This document shows, in pieces, positions 62,454 through 64,000 of a stretch of 64,000 bases of DNA (position 1 is its first letter; each line of letters opens with the position of its first letter). Origin of the DNA: Candidatus Doudnabacteria bacterium. Its GTDB lineage: Bacteria; Patescibacteriota; Doudnabacteria; UBA920; 2-01-FULL-46-14. The DNA lies in contig JBGQGB010000001.1 in the NCBI GenBank assembly GCA_041497195.1, positions 213,504 to 277,503 of the forward strand. The letters run 5' to 3'. The translations under genes and the position numbers were made by a program. The notes under the pieces are model-generated. The model was not told the DNA's origin. It did no database searches and saw only the letters and a program-made list of their open reading frames with translations.

Positions 62454-63535
62454 CGGTGCACTACCTCTTTCCAAAAATTAACAATCGACTCGATTGCTCT
62501 ATCGTTATCGACTCTGATGGTTTGCTCTGCCTTGAACCCCAATTGCCTGGCCAAATCAGGATTGCCCAAAAGCTCGAGTATTGCTGCTGTTAATGCTTCG
62601 GCCTCGTTGATCGGAACTAGTATGCCATTTTCATGATCTCGGATGAGAGTACCGGGACCGGCCGTCAGTGTGGCAACAACAGGCTTGCCTGAAGCAGCGG
62701 CTTCTACAATCACTTTCCCATAACTTTCCACTGTTGAGGGAAGGACGAGAAAATTGCAGGCCGCATAATAATCGCGCAACTCCTGGGAAGAAAAAGTGCC
62801 TAAAAAATTGACTCGTTTGAGCTCCTGAGCTTGTTTGACGAGTTTTAATTTTTCCGAACCGTCACCTAAGACCAAAAGTCGGGCAGTTGGCGACCTGTCC
62901 TCGACCGCGCGCCAGCTTTTCAGCAACAAAGAAACATTTTTTTCCGGTTCCAAGCGGCCTACATATAAAACCAAACTTTCCTGCGGGAAGAGCTTCAAGA
63001 TTTTTTCCCCGTCCCCGTTAGCAACCTTTTGGGCATCCACTGGCGTTGGTAAAACAAAAATTGTTCCCGGGTCAAAACCTAGCGCATTCAGTTTCCGCTG
63101 CTGAGGCGGAGTATTGACCTTGATAGCATCAGCGCGACGCAAATTGCTCTCTCCTATTTTCAATTTGAGCGGGTGAGCATACCCCCAAAAATCACCGTGT
63201 AGATTGATAATCAATTTGGCCCGAGGGTGATATCTCCGAAACCACCTCGCTAAAATTGCCGTCCAGAAAGGGTCCTGGGCCAGAAAAATATCATAATGAT
63301 TCTGCCGGGCCAGGCCCCTACCTATCCCGTAAGCCACAAAAAAACGCACCAGCTTGCTGCCTCCGGGACTGGGATATGTCCTGAGTTTTCCCAAATTCCA
63401 GGAGCGGCCATCAGTCAAAACAATATCATCAATCTGCCCGGCTAAGGCTGCATACTTTTGGTGCCGCAGGAGGGCCTCAGCGTCCTCAACCGGCCCTACC
63501 AGGCTCGGGTCCAGGCTAAACATCAAAATCTTCAT
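62450..63535 (-). CDS. Glycosyltransferase family 4
   Basis: VGRL..EKN, PS..ESYG..IVEA.A.G.P and NG.LV motifs. Confidence 0.92.
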   Translation of the reverse strand: MKILMFSLDPSLVGPVEDAEALLRHQKYAALAGQIDDIVLTDGRSWNLGKLRTYPSPGGSKLVRFFVAYGIGRGLARQNHYDIFLAQDPFWTAILARWFRRYHPRAKLIINLHGDFWGYAHPLKLKIGESNLRRADAIKVNTPPQQRKLNALGFDPGTIFVLPTPVDAQKVANGDGEKILKLFPQESLVLYVGRLEPEKNVSLLLKSWRAVEDRSPTARLLVLGDGSEKLKLVKQAQELKRVNFLGTFSSQELRDYYAACNFLVLPSTVESYGKVIVEAAASGKPVVATLTAGPGTLIRDHENGILVPINEAEALTAAILELLGNPDLARQLGFKAEQTIRVDNDRAIESIVNFWKEVVHR

Positions 63536-64000
63536 AAAAGCCTCCCGAGGGAGACGATGGTGTCATTGACCATTCTGTCAAAACCAAACTTTTCCTGAAC
63601 CAAGGTTTTTCCGTTTCTGATGATATGCTTGCGCAAACCCTCGTCATGCAAAAATCGCAAAATTTCTCGTTCAAATACTGCCAAATCATTGTAGGGAAAC
63701 AATAAACCAGTGAGGCCTGCCTGAACAATCTCACGATTGCCGCCCACGTCCGAAACCAACACCGGAGTTCCCGCAGCCAAGCTCTCCAAAATCACGTGCG
63801 AAAGGCCTTCCCAAGAGGAATTCAAAACGAACAAATCAGCGGCGGCGATATACTCGGCAGTCTCAGTTTGAGAAAGCCGGCCGGTCAGACGGACGTGATT
63901 TTGCAAACCTAGTTTTTCGATCAGCGCTTTGAGCCTGCCTTCCTCCTGCCCCTCGCCGACAATCACCAAGTATAAATCAGGAATTTTATCCCGAAGGCGG
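63532..64000 (-). CDS. Glycosyltransferase family 4 (5' end outside the window)
   Basis: NS.WEGLSHV.LE..A.G.PV..SDVGG motif; frame stays open to the window edge. Confidence 0.9.
   Translation of the reverse strand, partial: RLRDKIPDLYLVIVGEGQEEGRLKALIEKLGLQNHVRLTGRLSQTETAEYIAAADLFVLNSSWEGLSHVILESLAAGTPVLVSDVGGNREIVQAGLTGLLFPYNDLAVFEREILRFLHDEGLRKHIIRNGKTLVQEKFGFDRMVNDTIVSLGRLL

Noticed and set aside
1-64000. CRISPR array, integron attC array, transposase/integrase, rRNA, stop-codon reassignment
   Set aside because: No regularly spaced direct repeats, recombinase or transposase ORFs, or rRNA-like sequence seen; genes are full-length in the standard code and TGA is used as stop

Overview
Bacterial genomic DNA that reads in the standard code. 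Gene content and style suggest Patescibacteria/CPR (inference): a compact type IV pilus locus without a secretin, mostly SD-less overlapping genes, and tRNA-Arg(UCG). Layout: (1) 1-7 kb: three tRNA genes (Arg-TCT, Arg-TCG, Lys-CTT), zwf-gnd, a cyclase-family hydrolase, holA, an excisionase-like HTH gene and a stand-alone NDP-hexose 2,3-dehydratase. (2) 7.2-15.2 kb: type IV pilus genes (pilB, pilC, minor pilins, pilMNO and a pilP-position gene). (3) 15.3-64 kb: a very large surface-glycan region with a Wzy_C/TPR ligase, priming phosphoglycosyl transferase, Wzx, YfhO, two paralogous GT-C-like membrane proteins, many GT4/GT2 and methyltransferase genes, and pathways resembling C-methyl deoxyhexose, CDP-yersiniose-type branched sugar, N-formyl-pseudaminic acid and ADP-heptose synthesis. 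Most striking: both tRNA-Arg genes sit inside inverted-repeat stems next to pieces of other tRNA genes, and one appears nested in the D-loop of another tRNA. Also notable: a heptose kinase-cupin fusion in a cluster with no gmhA, a pse operon with a DUF218 gene where pseF/G/H are expected, and several self-contained single-gene cassettes. All protein calls come from motif recognition by eye, not database searches.
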